From an uncultured Patescibacteria group bacterium (GTDB taxonomy: Bacteria; Patescibacteriota; Microgenomatia; UBA1400; PJMF01), in the NCBI GenBank assembly GCA_905478415.1, contig CAJQIG010000001.1:72818-136817 (forward strand): a stretch of 64,000 nucleotides of DNA. Direction: 5' to 3'. This document shows positions 1-9,439 of the stretch, one piece after another (position 1 is the first letter of the stretch; every line of letters begins with the position of its first letter). The notes beneath the pieces are model-generated. The model was given only the letters and a program-made list of their open reading frames with translations. It did not search any database and was not told where the DNA came from. Position numbers and translations under genes: made by a program.

Positions 1-1090
1 TTCCAGCCACTAATTCAACAAAATCATAGAACTTACCTTCCTCATTGAGAGTTGGAACGAGTGGGAGATCTGTTTCGAGTGCCAGTGCATAGTCATCTTC
101 ACCAAAGAGAGCGGCAGTATGGACAATTCCAGTTCCATCTTCGAGACTGACAAAGTCTGCAGCTAGAACACTCCACGCATTAGGCTTATCTGAAGTTACA
201 TAGGGATACAGAGGTTCGTAATGCGTACCTACCAGTTCACTTCCCAATATAGTTTTTTGGATAGTTACTGCTTCTGTGAAGACTTTTTCGATCAACTCTT
301 TAGCTACCCATAACAGTTCTCCTGCATTATTTTTGACTTGTACATACTCAGCAGTCGGGTCTACAGCAAGAGCAACGTTTCCGGGGAGAGTCCAAGGAGT
401 TGTCGTCCAAGCAATTAAATATTCGTTTTTTGTATCTGCAAGCTTAAACTTTACAAATACCGAATGGTCTTCGACATCTTCATACGAATTATCCATAGCA
501 ATTTCAAAGTTTGAGAGTGGAGTTGAACATCGTGGACAGTACATGACAACTTTTCTGCCCTCATAGATCAAATTTTTATCTGAAAGTTGTTTGAATCCCC
601 ACCATACAGACTCCATAAACGAGTTGTCCATGGTTTTGTAGTTGTTTTTAAAGTCAACCCATCGACCTAGTCGAGCAATAATTTTTTCCCACTCACCGTC
701 TAAGCGTAGAACTTCGACTTCACAGGCATGGTTGAAGTTGGCAATACCAAGTTCTTCAATGCCTTTTTTCCCACCTTTGATCTTAAGTTTCTTTTCGATC
801 ATGTTTTCGATTGGTAAACCATGACAGTCCCAACCCCAGACACGATCGACACGGTAGCCTTTCATGGTCCAGTACCGAGGAATGACATCTTTAGCTGTTG
901 AGCCAAGAAGATGACCATAATGAGGTAAACCAGTTGCAAATGGAGGTCCATCATAGAAGACATATTCTTTGTCTTTGGATCTCATTTCAACCGATTTTTC
1001 AAATGCCTGCGTTTCTTGCCAAAAATGCAAGATAGACTCCTCCATCTCTGGAAAGTTTGGTTTGCTTGGCAATGTAGTTTGTTTTGGCAT
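1..1090 (-). CDS. ileS: Isoleucine--tRNA ligase, type 2 (5' part; runs off the window start)
   Basis: Not in the ORF track; translated manually from ATG at 1090: MPKQTTLPSKPNFPEMEESILHFW...YVFYDGPPFATGLPHYGHLL...WGWDCHGLPIE, later WTTTPWTLPGN. SD AAGGAG upstream. Confidence 0.96.
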   Translation of the reverse strand, partial: MPKQTTLPSKPNFPEMEESILHFWQETQAFEKSVEMRSKDKEYVFYDGPPFATGLPHYGHLLGSTAKDVIPRYWTMKGYRVDRVWGWDCHGLPIENMIEKKLKIKGGKKGIEELGIANFNHACEVEVLRLDGEWEKIIARLGRWVDFKNNYKTMDNSFMESVWWGFKQLSDKNLIYEGRKVVMYCPRCSTPLSNFEIAMDNSYEDVEDHSVFVKFKLADTKNEYLIAWTTTPWTLPGNVALAVDPTAEYVQVKNNAGELLWVAKELIEKVFTEAVTIQKTILGSELVGTHYEPLYPYVTSDKPNAWSVLAADFVSLEDGTGIVHTAALFGEDDYALALETDLPLVPTLNEEGKFYDFVELVAG

Positions 1091-1107
1091 GTCTGCTCCT
1101 TTTGTAT

Positions 1108-1320
1108 ACGAAAAGAACCCTCTCACATTCGCAACTTGCGAACATGAGAGGGTTCTCTATCTTTATGATAGTAAAACGGTACCACCTCTGCTTTTACTTA
1201 GTTCCAGCGATTACGGGCTTACCCGGGTTGTTCTACTCTACTTTTGATAAGTATTTCTTCAACGGGCGTTTTTCCTGATTATTCAAAAAAATTGTTAGGT
1301 GATAGCTAACTGTTGACGCA
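1108..1320 (-). promoter_or_regulatory. T-box riboswitch (Ile) with intrinsic terminator
   Basis: Minus strand has AGAGGTGGTACCG (about 1189-1177), a Stem II with AGUA, a CGGG-taag-CCCG Stem IIA, ATC candidates (1279-1277, 1303-1301) and terminator AGAACCCTCTCA...TGAGAGGGTTCT-TTT (about 1156-1111). Lies directly upstream of ileS. Confidence 0.88.
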
Positions 1321-1374
1321 CTACTTGTGTGCATTATATAGCAAAGGGTCAATTCTATGAATGGGAGTTTTTAG

Positions 1375-2652
1375 TTACTTCTTTTTTCTTCTCAGGAAAG
1401 CAGGGATTTCAAACTGGTCAATGAGATCAGTATTGGTTTTTGGCTCAGGCGTTTCATCTTTTTTGTCTGATTCAGACTCATCTTTAGTGGTGTCGCCAAA
1501 GGCTTCTGAAGTGACGAATGGATTGGTGACACTTGAAATCTGAGAGGTAGTCATTGGTTGTGTGTACCCTTCTGGGGCACGGTCAATCTTTTGAGCAACT
1601 GGCTCTGGTTTTGGTTTTTCTTCATGCATGCGAACTCGCGACTCACTCGAATAGGCACCGAATAGAGGTTTGTTTGAAGCTGCAAAGCCCATTTGTTTGT
1701 CATCAAAGCCGGTAGCAATGACACTAATTTTAACTTTAGTACCCATTTCTTTGGTAATTGTGGCTCCAAAGATGATGTTAGCTTCTGGATCAGCTGCGTT
1801 GGCGATAATTGTCGAAGCGTCTGAAACTTCAGTCATGGTCATATCTTCGCCACCAATGATGTTATAGAGAATGCCCTTGGCTCCTTCAATTGAAACTTCG
1901 AGCAGTGGAGAGGCAATGGCCATGCGGGCTGCAGTCTGAGCTCTATTTTCACCGCTGGCTTCACCAATACCCATTAAGGCTGAACCAGATTCGGTCATAA
2001 TGGTTTTCACATCTGCAAAGTCGACGTTAATAAGTCCAGGAACAGTAATGAGGTCTGATATACCTTGTACACCTTGACCGAGTACATTATCTGCAAGTCG
2101 GAATGCATCCAGAAGTGTCATTTTTTTGTCGACAACATCCATAAGTCGTTGGTTAGGAATAACAATTAAGGTATCAACAGCATCTTTGAGTCCGGCAATG
2201 CCCTCTTCGGCAGTTTGCATACGGCGAACTCCTTCAAATGCGAATGGTTTCGTCACGACTGCAACAGTCAGTGCTCCAGCTTCTTTGGCAATTTCTGCAA
2301 TAACTGGTGATGCACCAGTTCCAGTTCCGCCACCCATACCGGCTGTGATAAACACCATGTCTGTATCGTAGAGTAAGTCTTTGATTTTTTCGTAGGATTC
2401 TTCGGCAGCGGTATGACCGACATCTGGGTCGGCTCCAGACCCTAAGCCTTTAGTAAAATTACTACCAATTTGGAGTTTTGTCTCTGCTTTTGAAGTTAAA
2501 AGTGCTTGAGCATCTGTATTGACGGTGATGAACTCAACACCACTAATTTTACCAGAGGTAATCATCGAGTTGACAGCGTTCCCGCCACCACCACCGACAC
2601 CAATAACTTTGATCTTTGCGAACGTTGTGTTTGAAGGTTTTACTAGTGCCAT
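1375..2652 (-). CDS. ftsZ: Cell division protein FtsZ
   Basis: [21 protein letters not shown] tubulin signature, NVDFAD, C-terminal FEIPAFLRR peptide. Confidence 0.99.
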   Translation of the reverse strand: MALVKPSNTTFAKIKVIGVGGGGGNAVNSMITSGKISGVEFITVNTDAQALLTSKAETKLQIGSNFTKGLGSGADPDVGHTAAEESYEKIKDLLYDTDMVFITAGMGGGTGTGASPVIAEIAKEAGALTVAVVTKPFAFEGVRRMQTAEEGIAGLKDAVDTLIVIPNQRLMDVVDKKMTLLDAFRLADNVLGQGVQGISDLITVPGLINVDFADVKTIMTESGSALMGIGEASGENRAQTAARMAIASPLLEVSIEGAKGILYNIIGGEDMTMTEVSDASTIIANAADPEANIIFGATITKEMGTKVKISVIATGFDDKQMGFAASNKPLFGAYSSESRVRMHEEKPKPEPVAQKIDRAPEGYTQPMTTSQISSVTNPFVTSEAFGDTTKDESESDKKDETPEPKTNTDLIDQFEIPAFLRRKKK

Positions 2653-2731
2653 ACAATCTTATCCTCTGATACGCTTCACATCAAAGTGTACCATTCTAAA
2701 CAAAAAAAGCAATCTTAAATTTCTGGGTTTG

Positions 2732-4039
2732 TTACGGTAGAAGTGACTTAAAAAGAGAGCTTATTTTTTCTGAAAATTTTCCCATAGAAGAAAAGCCACT
2801 AAAGAGTGAACCTAGCGAGAAATTAGAGACAGTATCTCCTTGTCCATGTTTGAGTCCATAATGTAGCAATCCAATACTATTTGCATAGATGGGAGAATGA
2901 ATATCTCTTACTAGACCATCTAGTTTGGTTGGCGTTCCAATCCGAGCAGGTAAGTTAAGTTCTCGTTTTGCAACTTCTGAAATTTGTAGGGTCATGGCTC
3001 CACCGCCAGTGATAACAAGTCCTGCAGGGATATCCTTGAGCAAATGCTCCTCTTTTAGGACATCTCCAATTAATCCAAAAATTTCTTGCATTCTTGGGAG
3101 CATAATACCTTCAGTCACCGTTTTTTTAGAGAGTACTTCATCGCTATCAGAGTTTTCATATTGAGAGAGTTTAATTTCATCAGCTTTTTTTCTGCGTTTA
3201 CTGAAGTCTGCTTTCGATTCTCCAGCATGAGGAGTTAGCCCTTTCATTTTTTCATTTGAAAGGTCAACTTTTATTCTTTCGGCAGTATCCAAGCTTACAC
3301 GGCAGCCAAGGGCAATATCTTGCGTTATATGACGAGCTCCAATAGGAATTGAACCAGAATATTCAAGTGAACCTTCGACATATGCACAGATGGAAGTTGA
3401 TCCTGCCCCAATATCTATGACAGCTACTCCGAGCTCTTTTTCCGTTTCGGATAGGACTACTCCACCAGCTGAAATACCTGAAAAGACAAAATCTATGACA
3501 GTAATGCCAAGGTCTTGGATACATTTTTCAAGGTTTCTAAGGGCCGTTGACATGCCAGTGATGATGTGAGCTTCAGATTCAAGGCGAACACCAGTCATGC
3601 CGACTGGATCTTTAATGCCATCCTGTGAATCAACTTTGTATGCTTTAGGAATAACATGAATGATTTCTTTATCTGAGGAAAGCGATATTGCGCGAGCAGC
3701 TTCGATAACACGTTCGACATCACTGTTTGTAACTTCTTGGTTGGGTGATGCTACTGCTACAACGCCTTTGCTATTCTGAGATTTAATATGTGTGCCAGAA
3801 ACAGAAACATAGGCGGATTTTACTTCGAGACCAGCCATTCGCTCTGCTCCATCAAGACTTTCGGTGATTGTTTCAAGGACTTTTTCTAGATCTATAATTT
3901 GGCTTTTGCGCATTCCCCTAGAAGGGACAGCAGAAACGCCCATAACTTGGAGTGATCGATCTTCGTTGACCGACGCAATCAGAGTGACACATTTGTCTGT
4001 GCCGACATCAATACCGGTTATAATTGTGTTATGTGCCAT
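2732..4039 (-). CDS. ftsA: Cell division protein FtsA
   Basis: GIDVGTDK, VIDIGAGST, VITGGGA actin-fold motifs; C-terminal amphipathic helix; upstream of ftsZ. Confidence 0.97.
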   Translation of the reverse strand: MAHNTIITGIDVGTDKCVTLIASVNEDRSLQVMGVSAVPSRGMRKSQIIDLEKVLETITESLDGAERMAGLEVKSAYVSVSGTHIKSQNSKGVVAVASPNQEVTNSDVERVIEAARAISLSSDKEIIHVIPKAYKVDSQDGIKDPVGMTGVRLESEAHIITGMSTALRNLEKCIQDLGITVIDFVFSGISAGGVVLSETEKELGVAVIDIGAGSTSICAYVEGSLEYSGSIPIGARHITQDIALGCRVSLDTAERIKVDLSNEKMKGLTPHAGESKADFSKRRKKADEIKLSQYENSDSDEVLSKKTVTEGIMLPRMQEIFGLIGDVLKEEHLLKDIPAGLVITGGGAMTLQISEVAKRELNLPARIGTPTKLDGLVRDIHSPIYANSIGLLHYGLKHGQGDTVSNFSLGSLFSGFSSMGKFSEKISSLFKSLLP

Positions 4040-4115
4040 AGTATATACACTAGCATACCAAAGTTACTGGTATTGCGAAATAAGAAATCAGGCTATATTT
4101 GCTCTTTTAGTCATT

Positions 4116-4808
4116 TTACTCATTTTTGGTGCGCAGGACTGGAAATGAGTACCGTAAGTCAATTTCATTAAGTGGTTCTGGGAGTTCGGCAATTTCTGTT
4201 GAGTTTAGTAATAAGGAAAGTTTAGTGACAGCCTGAGCAGACTCCTCCAGGTTGAGAAAAACAGTAACTCCGCTTAGTATCTCTAGAGTAATTGTTTGAG
4301 AGTCAGTGAGTGTCGTTTTTTGAGGAGCAAGATGAGTAACCTCAAGAGCTTTGGTTAGTGAGGAAAGTTCTTGGTGGAGGCCTGGTTTCACAGAGTTATC
4401 TGAAAGAAGTGTTTCAATAGGATAGTCAATAAAAATTGATGGTTCATGATTATTTTTTTCGCTCTTTTTTATGAAGCCATCATCATAGACAGTGTAGTAA
4501 TCAGTTTCTGTTTGTAAATAATAGTTTGGTTTTTTTTGACTAAATACAAGCTTGAGGGTATGAGGGAGTATTTTTGATTCTGATTCTAGAATAAATGTTG
4601 GGTCTGGGATCAGAGTCTGGACGCGAGTATCGAATCGAGAAAAGAAAAGTGAAGAACCTTTCAGTTCACCTAGTGAGGCAGAATATTCTGGAGGGCATTG
4701 TTGAGTGCCAATAGAACAATCTATTGATTGAATAGTGAAGAAGAAAAGACCTGCTGCAATACTGGCGATAATTGCGAATACCCCTGAAATTTTGTAGAGA
4801 GATCTCAT
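4116..4808 (-). CDS. ftsQ: FtsQ/DivIB-like cell division protein (divergent)
   Basis: N-terminal TM helix, LPHTLKLVF POTRA-like segment, C-terminal EIDLRYSFPV motif; lies between murG and ftsA. Confidence 0.72.
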   Translation of the reverse strand: MRSLYKISGVFAIIASIAAGLFFFTIQSIDCSIGTQQCPPEYSASLGELKGSSLFFSRFDTRVQTLIPDPTFILESESKILPHTLKLVFSQKKPNYYLQTETDYYTVYDDGFIKKSEKNNHEPSIFIDYPIETLLSDNSVKPGLHQELSSLTKALEVTHLAPQKTTLTDSQTITLEILSGVTVFLNLEESAQAVTKLSLLLNSTEIAELPEPLNEIDLRYSFPVLRTKNE

Positions 4809-5941
4809 TTCTTCTTTTGTGTTGTTTTTAGTGCGATAACTGCTTTATATAGTTTTTCACTTCCCCGAGCAACAGATGCTTGTTCTTGTGTTAGTGTTCG
4901 TTTTATTTGACCATGTTTTCTTTTTAGTTCATCCAGAAGTGAAAGTAGCTTTTCTGGTGATAGATCTTTTTGTTGTATCAAAAAGGCTTGTTTACTTTCG
5001 GCTAAGCACTTTGCATTTAGATATTGTTCATTTTGGTGTGAAAATGGAAGTGGAATATAAATAGTAGGAATATATCTAAGACTGAGTTCTAAGACGGTGT
5101 TGGCACCAGCTCTTGAAATTGCTCCGGTAGCAGTTGTATAAATCCAAGCAAGCTCTGTTTCGTTTACCCATTCTCTTACAAAATACTTTGATTGGGTGCG
5201 GAGTGAAAGTTGTTTTTGTTTTTTTTCTAACTCTTTTTTATAGTTTCTAACGGTTGTTTTAGCTCCGCACTGATGAATAACCACCCACTCTTTTGTGAGG
5301 AGCGCTAATGATTGTTTGACAGTGGTGTTGATAATTTCTGAACCTTGGCTTCCTCCCGCAATATAGAGAATTGGATCTTTAGATTTTGTTTTATACCAAG
5401 TAGGAGCCGTTATGTTTTTTTGAAGGATTGAAGTGCGAACTGGATTGCCAGTCACAGTCACGTGAGGATGAGAAATTAATTTGGAAGTTTCTGGGTATGA
5501 AAGGGCTACAACCGACGCAAACCTTGAAGCAAAAGTATTTGCTATTCCAAGAGTTCTTGTTTGTTCGTGAACTACAATTTTTATCCGTAGTAACCAGGCA
5601 GCAAGGGCAAGTGGTACGCTGATATAACTTCCAAAAGAAAGGTACACATCGGGTTTGAAGCGCAGAAAAATATGAATGGCTTTAAAAAAGGCTCCAATAA
5701 TTTGTAGCAGAGTCAACGGTAACAAGAATACAGAACCTTGACCGAGTTTTCCTGAATCAAATGCTACGAAGGGAATGTTGCGCTTTTCGACTTCAGTCTT
5801 TTCTCTGGCTTTTTGTTTTGTTTTAACTCTGGAATATATTCTACCTACAAATACAAAACTGTCCTTTTTTGAATGTTTTGTAACATAGTCAATGAATGCT
5901 AAGGCTGGAGTTAGATGACCACCTGAAACTAAAATCTTCAT
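4805..5941 (-). CDS. murG: MurG N-acetylglucosaminyl transferase
   Basis: GGHLTPA, HEQT, VTGNPVR, GGSQGS, ISRAGANT, EQYLNA. Likely start is MKILV at 5941 (ATGA overlap with the ftsW stop). Confidence 0.95.
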   Translation of the reverse strand: MKILVSGGHLTPALAFIDYVTKHSKKDSFVFVGRIYSRVKTKQKAREKTEVEKRNIPFVAFDSGKLGQGSVFLLPLTLLQIIGAFFKAIHIFLRFKPDVYLSFGSYISVPLALAAWLLRIKIVVHEQTRTLGIANTFASRFASVVALSYPETSKLISHPHVTVTGNPVRTSILQKNITAPTWYKTKSKDPILYIAGGSQGSEIINTTVKQSLALLTKEWVVIHQCGAKTTVRNYKKELEKKQKQLSLRTQSKYFVREWVNETELAWIYTTATGAISRAGANTVLELSLRYIPTIYIPLPFSHQNEQYLNAKCLAESKQAFLIQQKDLSPEKLLSLLDELKRKHGQIKRTLTQEQASVARGSEKLYKAVIALKTTQKKK

Positions 5942-7011
5942 GTTTGTTTCCCGATTCGAATAAGTATTCCTGATGCAAACAATATCATGACCTGAGATGA
6001 TCTGCCATATGAGAAAAATGGTAACGGCATTCCTGTGAGTGGAATTAATGCAACAACAGCACTGATATTTAAAAGTGTTTGTAGCCCAATCCAAAAGATA
6101 ATTCCAAAACCCAACAACCTTTCTGCAGGCAAAATATCAGCTTTTGAAACTACTCTGAAACTAGTGAGTAAATACCAGAATAAGATTGAAAGAAGAAAAG
6201 TGGCTCCGACAAAGCCAATTTCTTCAGAAATAATTGCAAAGATAGAGTCAGTACTAGCCTCGGGAATGTAGGAATATTTTTGACTGGAATTACCGATGCC
6301 TTTTCCCCAAACACCACCTTGCCCAAGAGCTAGAGTGATTTGACGAATATGAAAACTTGCTCCTAGAGGATCAGACTCTGGATTAAGGTAAGTAGTCAAA
6401 CGTTTCATCCGATAGGGAGAAGTGAAGATTGCCAGTAGCGCCAAAGGAATTCCTACGCCAGCTATCAGGAGTATATTCTTACCATTCCCCCCAGCTAAGA
6501 AGAACATTGTGGTCGCAATGCCAACGACAAGCAACAGTGAACCTAAATCGGGTTGCAGAATAAGTACTAGTGCTGGTAAGGCTGTCAAAAATACAAAGGG
6601 GCCAAATTTTTGATGGTGGCTCATCCAGGTTGCAAAATAGACAACGATTCCAAATTTAAGAAATTCTACAGCCTGGAAACTAAAGCTGCCAATAGAAAGC
6701 CATCGCCTTGCCCCATTCAAGCTCACTCCAATTCCTGGAACTAGTGTTAAGAGAACAAGTAGCAAACTAAAAATATAGATGATGGGTGAAAACTTGATCC
6801 ACAGTTTTGTTGGAATCAAGGAAGCACCGATCATAGCGATGAGTCCAACAGTAAGTCCAATACTATGTTGGATCAAAAAATGGTACTGAGTTCCAAAAGT
6901 TGCATAGCTTTCGGCAGTTGAGGCCTCAAAGACAAAAAGCAAACCAGCAAACGAGAGGAATAAAACGAGTCCGAGTAAGAGCATCCATTGTGGCAGGTGA
7001 CGTTTTTTCAT
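5938..7011 (-). CDS. ftsW: SEDS peptidoglycan polymerase FtsW
   Basis: NGARRW, QPDLG, YIPEASTDSIF, PLTGMPLPFFSYG; about 10 TM helices; dcw context. Confidence 0.93.
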   Translation of the reverse strand: MKKRHLPQWMLLLGLVLFLSFAGLLFVFEASTAESYATFGTQYHFLIQHSIGLTVGLIAMIGASLIPTKLWIKFSPIIYIFSLLLVLLTLVPGIGVSLNGARRWLSIGSFSFQAVEFLKFGIVVYFATWMSHHQKFGPFVFLTALPALVLILQPDLGSLLLVVGIATTMFFLAGGNGKNILLIAGVGIPLALLAIFTSPYRMKRLTTYLNPESDPLGASFHIRQITLALGQGGVWGKGIGNSSQKYSYIPEASTDSIFAIISEEIGFVGATFLLSILFWYLLTSFRVVSKADILPAERLLGFGIIFWIGLQTLLNISAVVALIPLTGMPLPFFSYGRSSQVMILFASGILIRIGKQT

Positions 7012-7023
7012 GTATGTTCCCGT

Positions 7024-8067
7024 TTATAAGACGGCTAACCAAACACCAAAAATAGTTAACATGATTTGAACAAGCCAAGCTCTTTGTACGATCTTTGGTT
7101 CTTCCCAGCCATGACGCTGTAAAGTCAGGTGAATAGGAGCTGCGGGAAAGAGTTTTCTTTTGAGAAACTTCTTTGAAAGTAATTGTAAAAGAGATGTTCC
7201 TATTTCGATGACAAAAATTGCTCCAATCACAATTAAAGCAATTACTTTTCCTAGTAAAAGTCCAATGACTGCTAGGGTAGCTCCCAAAGCTAACGATCCA
7301 ACATCTCCCATGAAAATACGAGCAGGGAACACGTTGAAGTAGAGAAAAGAGATGAGAGAGCCGATTAGCAGTGCAATAAATAGTGATGTTGGTACGTCTA
7401 AGATTGCTGAAGATAAATACCAAAGACCAAAGAGAGAGATCATCAAAATTCCAGAAGCTAATCCATCGAGTCCATCAGTAATGTTGACGGCATTTGCAAA
7501 GGCAATAATGGTGAAGATCGAAAAGGGGATATAAAAGGCTCCCAGTTCGAAGGTGCCAATAAAGGGAATATGCACAAATGAAATTCCAAGTTGAAAGTAC
7601 AGCATTAAGCTAATAACTAAGGCCAGGAAAATTTCTAAAAACAGTTTGTGTTTCATTCTGAGTCCAAAAAAACCACTGGATGAAAATTGAAAGAACTTCT
7701 TGATATCGTCGTAAAGTCCCAAGATACCGAAAGACAAAAAGGTAAAGAAAATAACATTTACTTCTGCCGTGATAGAACTATGATTACTGGTGATAGTTAC
7801 GCCAAAATACTCGAGTAGTGGAAGTAGTATGGCAAAAAGAATTGATACTAACGTAATAATTAGTAGACCACCACCCACAGGCACTCCTGCTTTTTGTTTA
7901 TGGAAAGCATCAAAGATAGGTGTCAATTTCCCAAAAACATCTCGTGTTGTTTGATGCGCTCTCTGAAATTTTAATGCGTAGAGAAGGTTAATAAATGGTA
8001 CCACAGCTACACTTGTCACAATGAAAGATAGTAGTAACACACTTAGTAGTAGCGCCATTCCACTCAT
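7024..8067 (-). CDS. mraY: Phospho-N-acetylmuramoyl-pentapeptide transferase
   Basis: GLYDD, NAVNITDGLDGL, PARIFMGDVGS, APIH...GWEEPKIV. Confidence 0.95.
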   Translation of the reverse strand: MSGMALLLSVLLLSFIVTSVAVVPFINLLYALKFQRAHQTTRDVFGKLTPIFDAFHKQKAGVPVGGGLLIITLVSILFAILLPLLEYFGVTITSNHSSITAEVNVIFFTFLSFGILGLYDDIKKFFQFSSSGFFGLRMKHKLFLEIFLALVISLMLYFQLGISFVHIPFIGTFELGAFYIPFSIFTIIAFANAVNITDGLDGLASGILMISLFGLWYLSSAILDVPTSLFIALLIGSLISFLYFNVFPARIFMGDVGSLALGATLAVIGLLLGKVIALIVIGAIFVIEIGTSLLQLLSKKFLKRKLFPAAPIHLTLQRHGWEEPKIVQRAWLVQIMLTIFGVWLAVL

Positions 8068-8091
8068 ATAGTCTCCTCTTTTTTTATTGAC

Positions 8092-9408
8092 CTATTTTCT
8101 TACAATATTTGCTCCCATCGATCGGAGCCTTTCGTCAAGCGATTCGTAGCCTCTATCAACGTGCTCAATGCCAGAGATAATTGAAGTCCCATCCGCAATC
8201 ATAGCTGCCATAATCAGTGTAGCACCATGTCGCAGATCTTTGACAGTGAAAGACCCAGCTTTGAGTTTTGCTGGTCCATGAATTTTGATAGCATGACGAT
8301 ACTCTGGTGAGTCATTCTCGATATCAAAGTTATAGATTTTTTCTGGATGAGCGACTTCTGGGTTATATAGTTCAATAGTTGTTCCCATTGCTTGTAGTTC
8401 GCTGACATATTGGAAGCGATTAGCCATAATTGTCTCATGAATAACGCTCACACCTTCACATTGTGAAGCTAACGTAGCCCAGAGTGGTTGCCAGTCCGTC
8501 ATAAAACCTGGTTCGATCTCGGTAGTAACATCTGCTGCTTGGAGGGGGCCTTTATAGAAGAATCGAATACCATAGTTGCCAACTTCGTAGCCAGCACCAA
8601 TTTCTTCTAGTTTTTCGAGGAAAGAAGTCAAGTGTTCATGGCGGGCATTTTCAATAATAACGTCGCCTTTAGTGGCAATAGCAGCACAAGCATAACTCAC
8701 CGCTTCATTTCTATCAGGGATCAATCTATGGATAGCTCCATGCAGTTTCTCAACTCCATCAATTTCAATGACACGATGCGCTCTTCGTCGGACGCGAGCC
8801 CCCATACCATTGAGGTAGTCAATCAAGTCATCAATTTCTGGTTCCATGGCAGCATTCTCGAGAATAGTTTTACCTTTTGCAAGGACAGCAGCCATAATCA
8901 GTGTTTCGGTACCGGTGTGAGTATTCTTGGGGAACCGGTAGGTAGCTCCAACAAGTCCCTTGGTTGTAGCCACAAACATGCCGTCTTTATATTCGACTTC
9001 AGCACCAAGAGCTCTGAGACCATCCCAGTGTCGGTCCAGTGGCCGCTTACCTATCTTATCTCCACCTGGAACGGGAACAATGGCTTTCCCAAATTTGGCT
9101 AAGAGAGGAGGAATAAACATGGTTGAAAAACGACCTTGTTCACCGTGTTCTTTGTCTATAGTGTGTTTTGTTAAACTACTTGGGTCAATAAAGATTGCCC
9201 GCTCTCCTGCTCTACTGACTCCAGCACCCAAATAGGCAATAATTTTTGATACCAGGGCCACGTCAGCAATCTGGGAAAAATTTAAGAGTCTTGATTCTGA
9301 TTCTGCTAAGAGTGATGCAATCATTAATTTGTATGAGGCATTTTTTGCACCACCAATTCGCACTGATCCGTGAAGTGGAGTTCCACCAGTAACATGAAAA
9401 CTTGGCAT
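8092..9408 (-). CDS. murA: UDP-N-acetylglucosamine 1-carboxyvinyltransferase (Cys-to-Asp variant)
   Basis: GAKNA, PGGDKIGKRP, NAAMEPE, PGFMTDWQP, DLRHGA, DRGYE. Confidence 0.97.
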   Translation of the reverse strand: MPSFHVTGGTPLHGSVRIGGAKNASYKLMIASLLAESESRLLNFSQIADVALVSKIIAYLGAGVSRAGERAIFIDPSSLTKHTIDKEHGEQGRFSTMFIPPLLAKFGKAIVPVPGGDKIGKRPLDRHWDGLRALGAEVEYKDGMFVATTKGLVGATYRFPKNTHTGTETLIMAAVLAKGKTILENAAMEPEIDDLIDYLNGMGARVRRRAHRVIEIDGVEKLHGAIHRLIPDRNEAVSYACAAIATKGDVIIENARHEHLTSFLEKLEEIGAGYEVGNYGIRFFYKGPLQAADVTTEIEPGFMTDWQPLWATLASQCEGVSVIHETIMANRFQYVSELQAMGTTIELYNPEVAHPEKIYNFDIENDSPEYRHAIKIHGPAKLKAGSFTVKDLRHGATLIMAAMIADGTSIISGIEHVDRGYESLDERLRSMGANIVRK

Positions 9409-9439
9409 ACGGTACTTTCTAATTGAGTACTATTATTTT

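Noticed and set aside
276-1278. Plus-strand ORFs of 60-96 aa
   Set aside because: Antisense shadows of ileS and its T-box leader; no motifs
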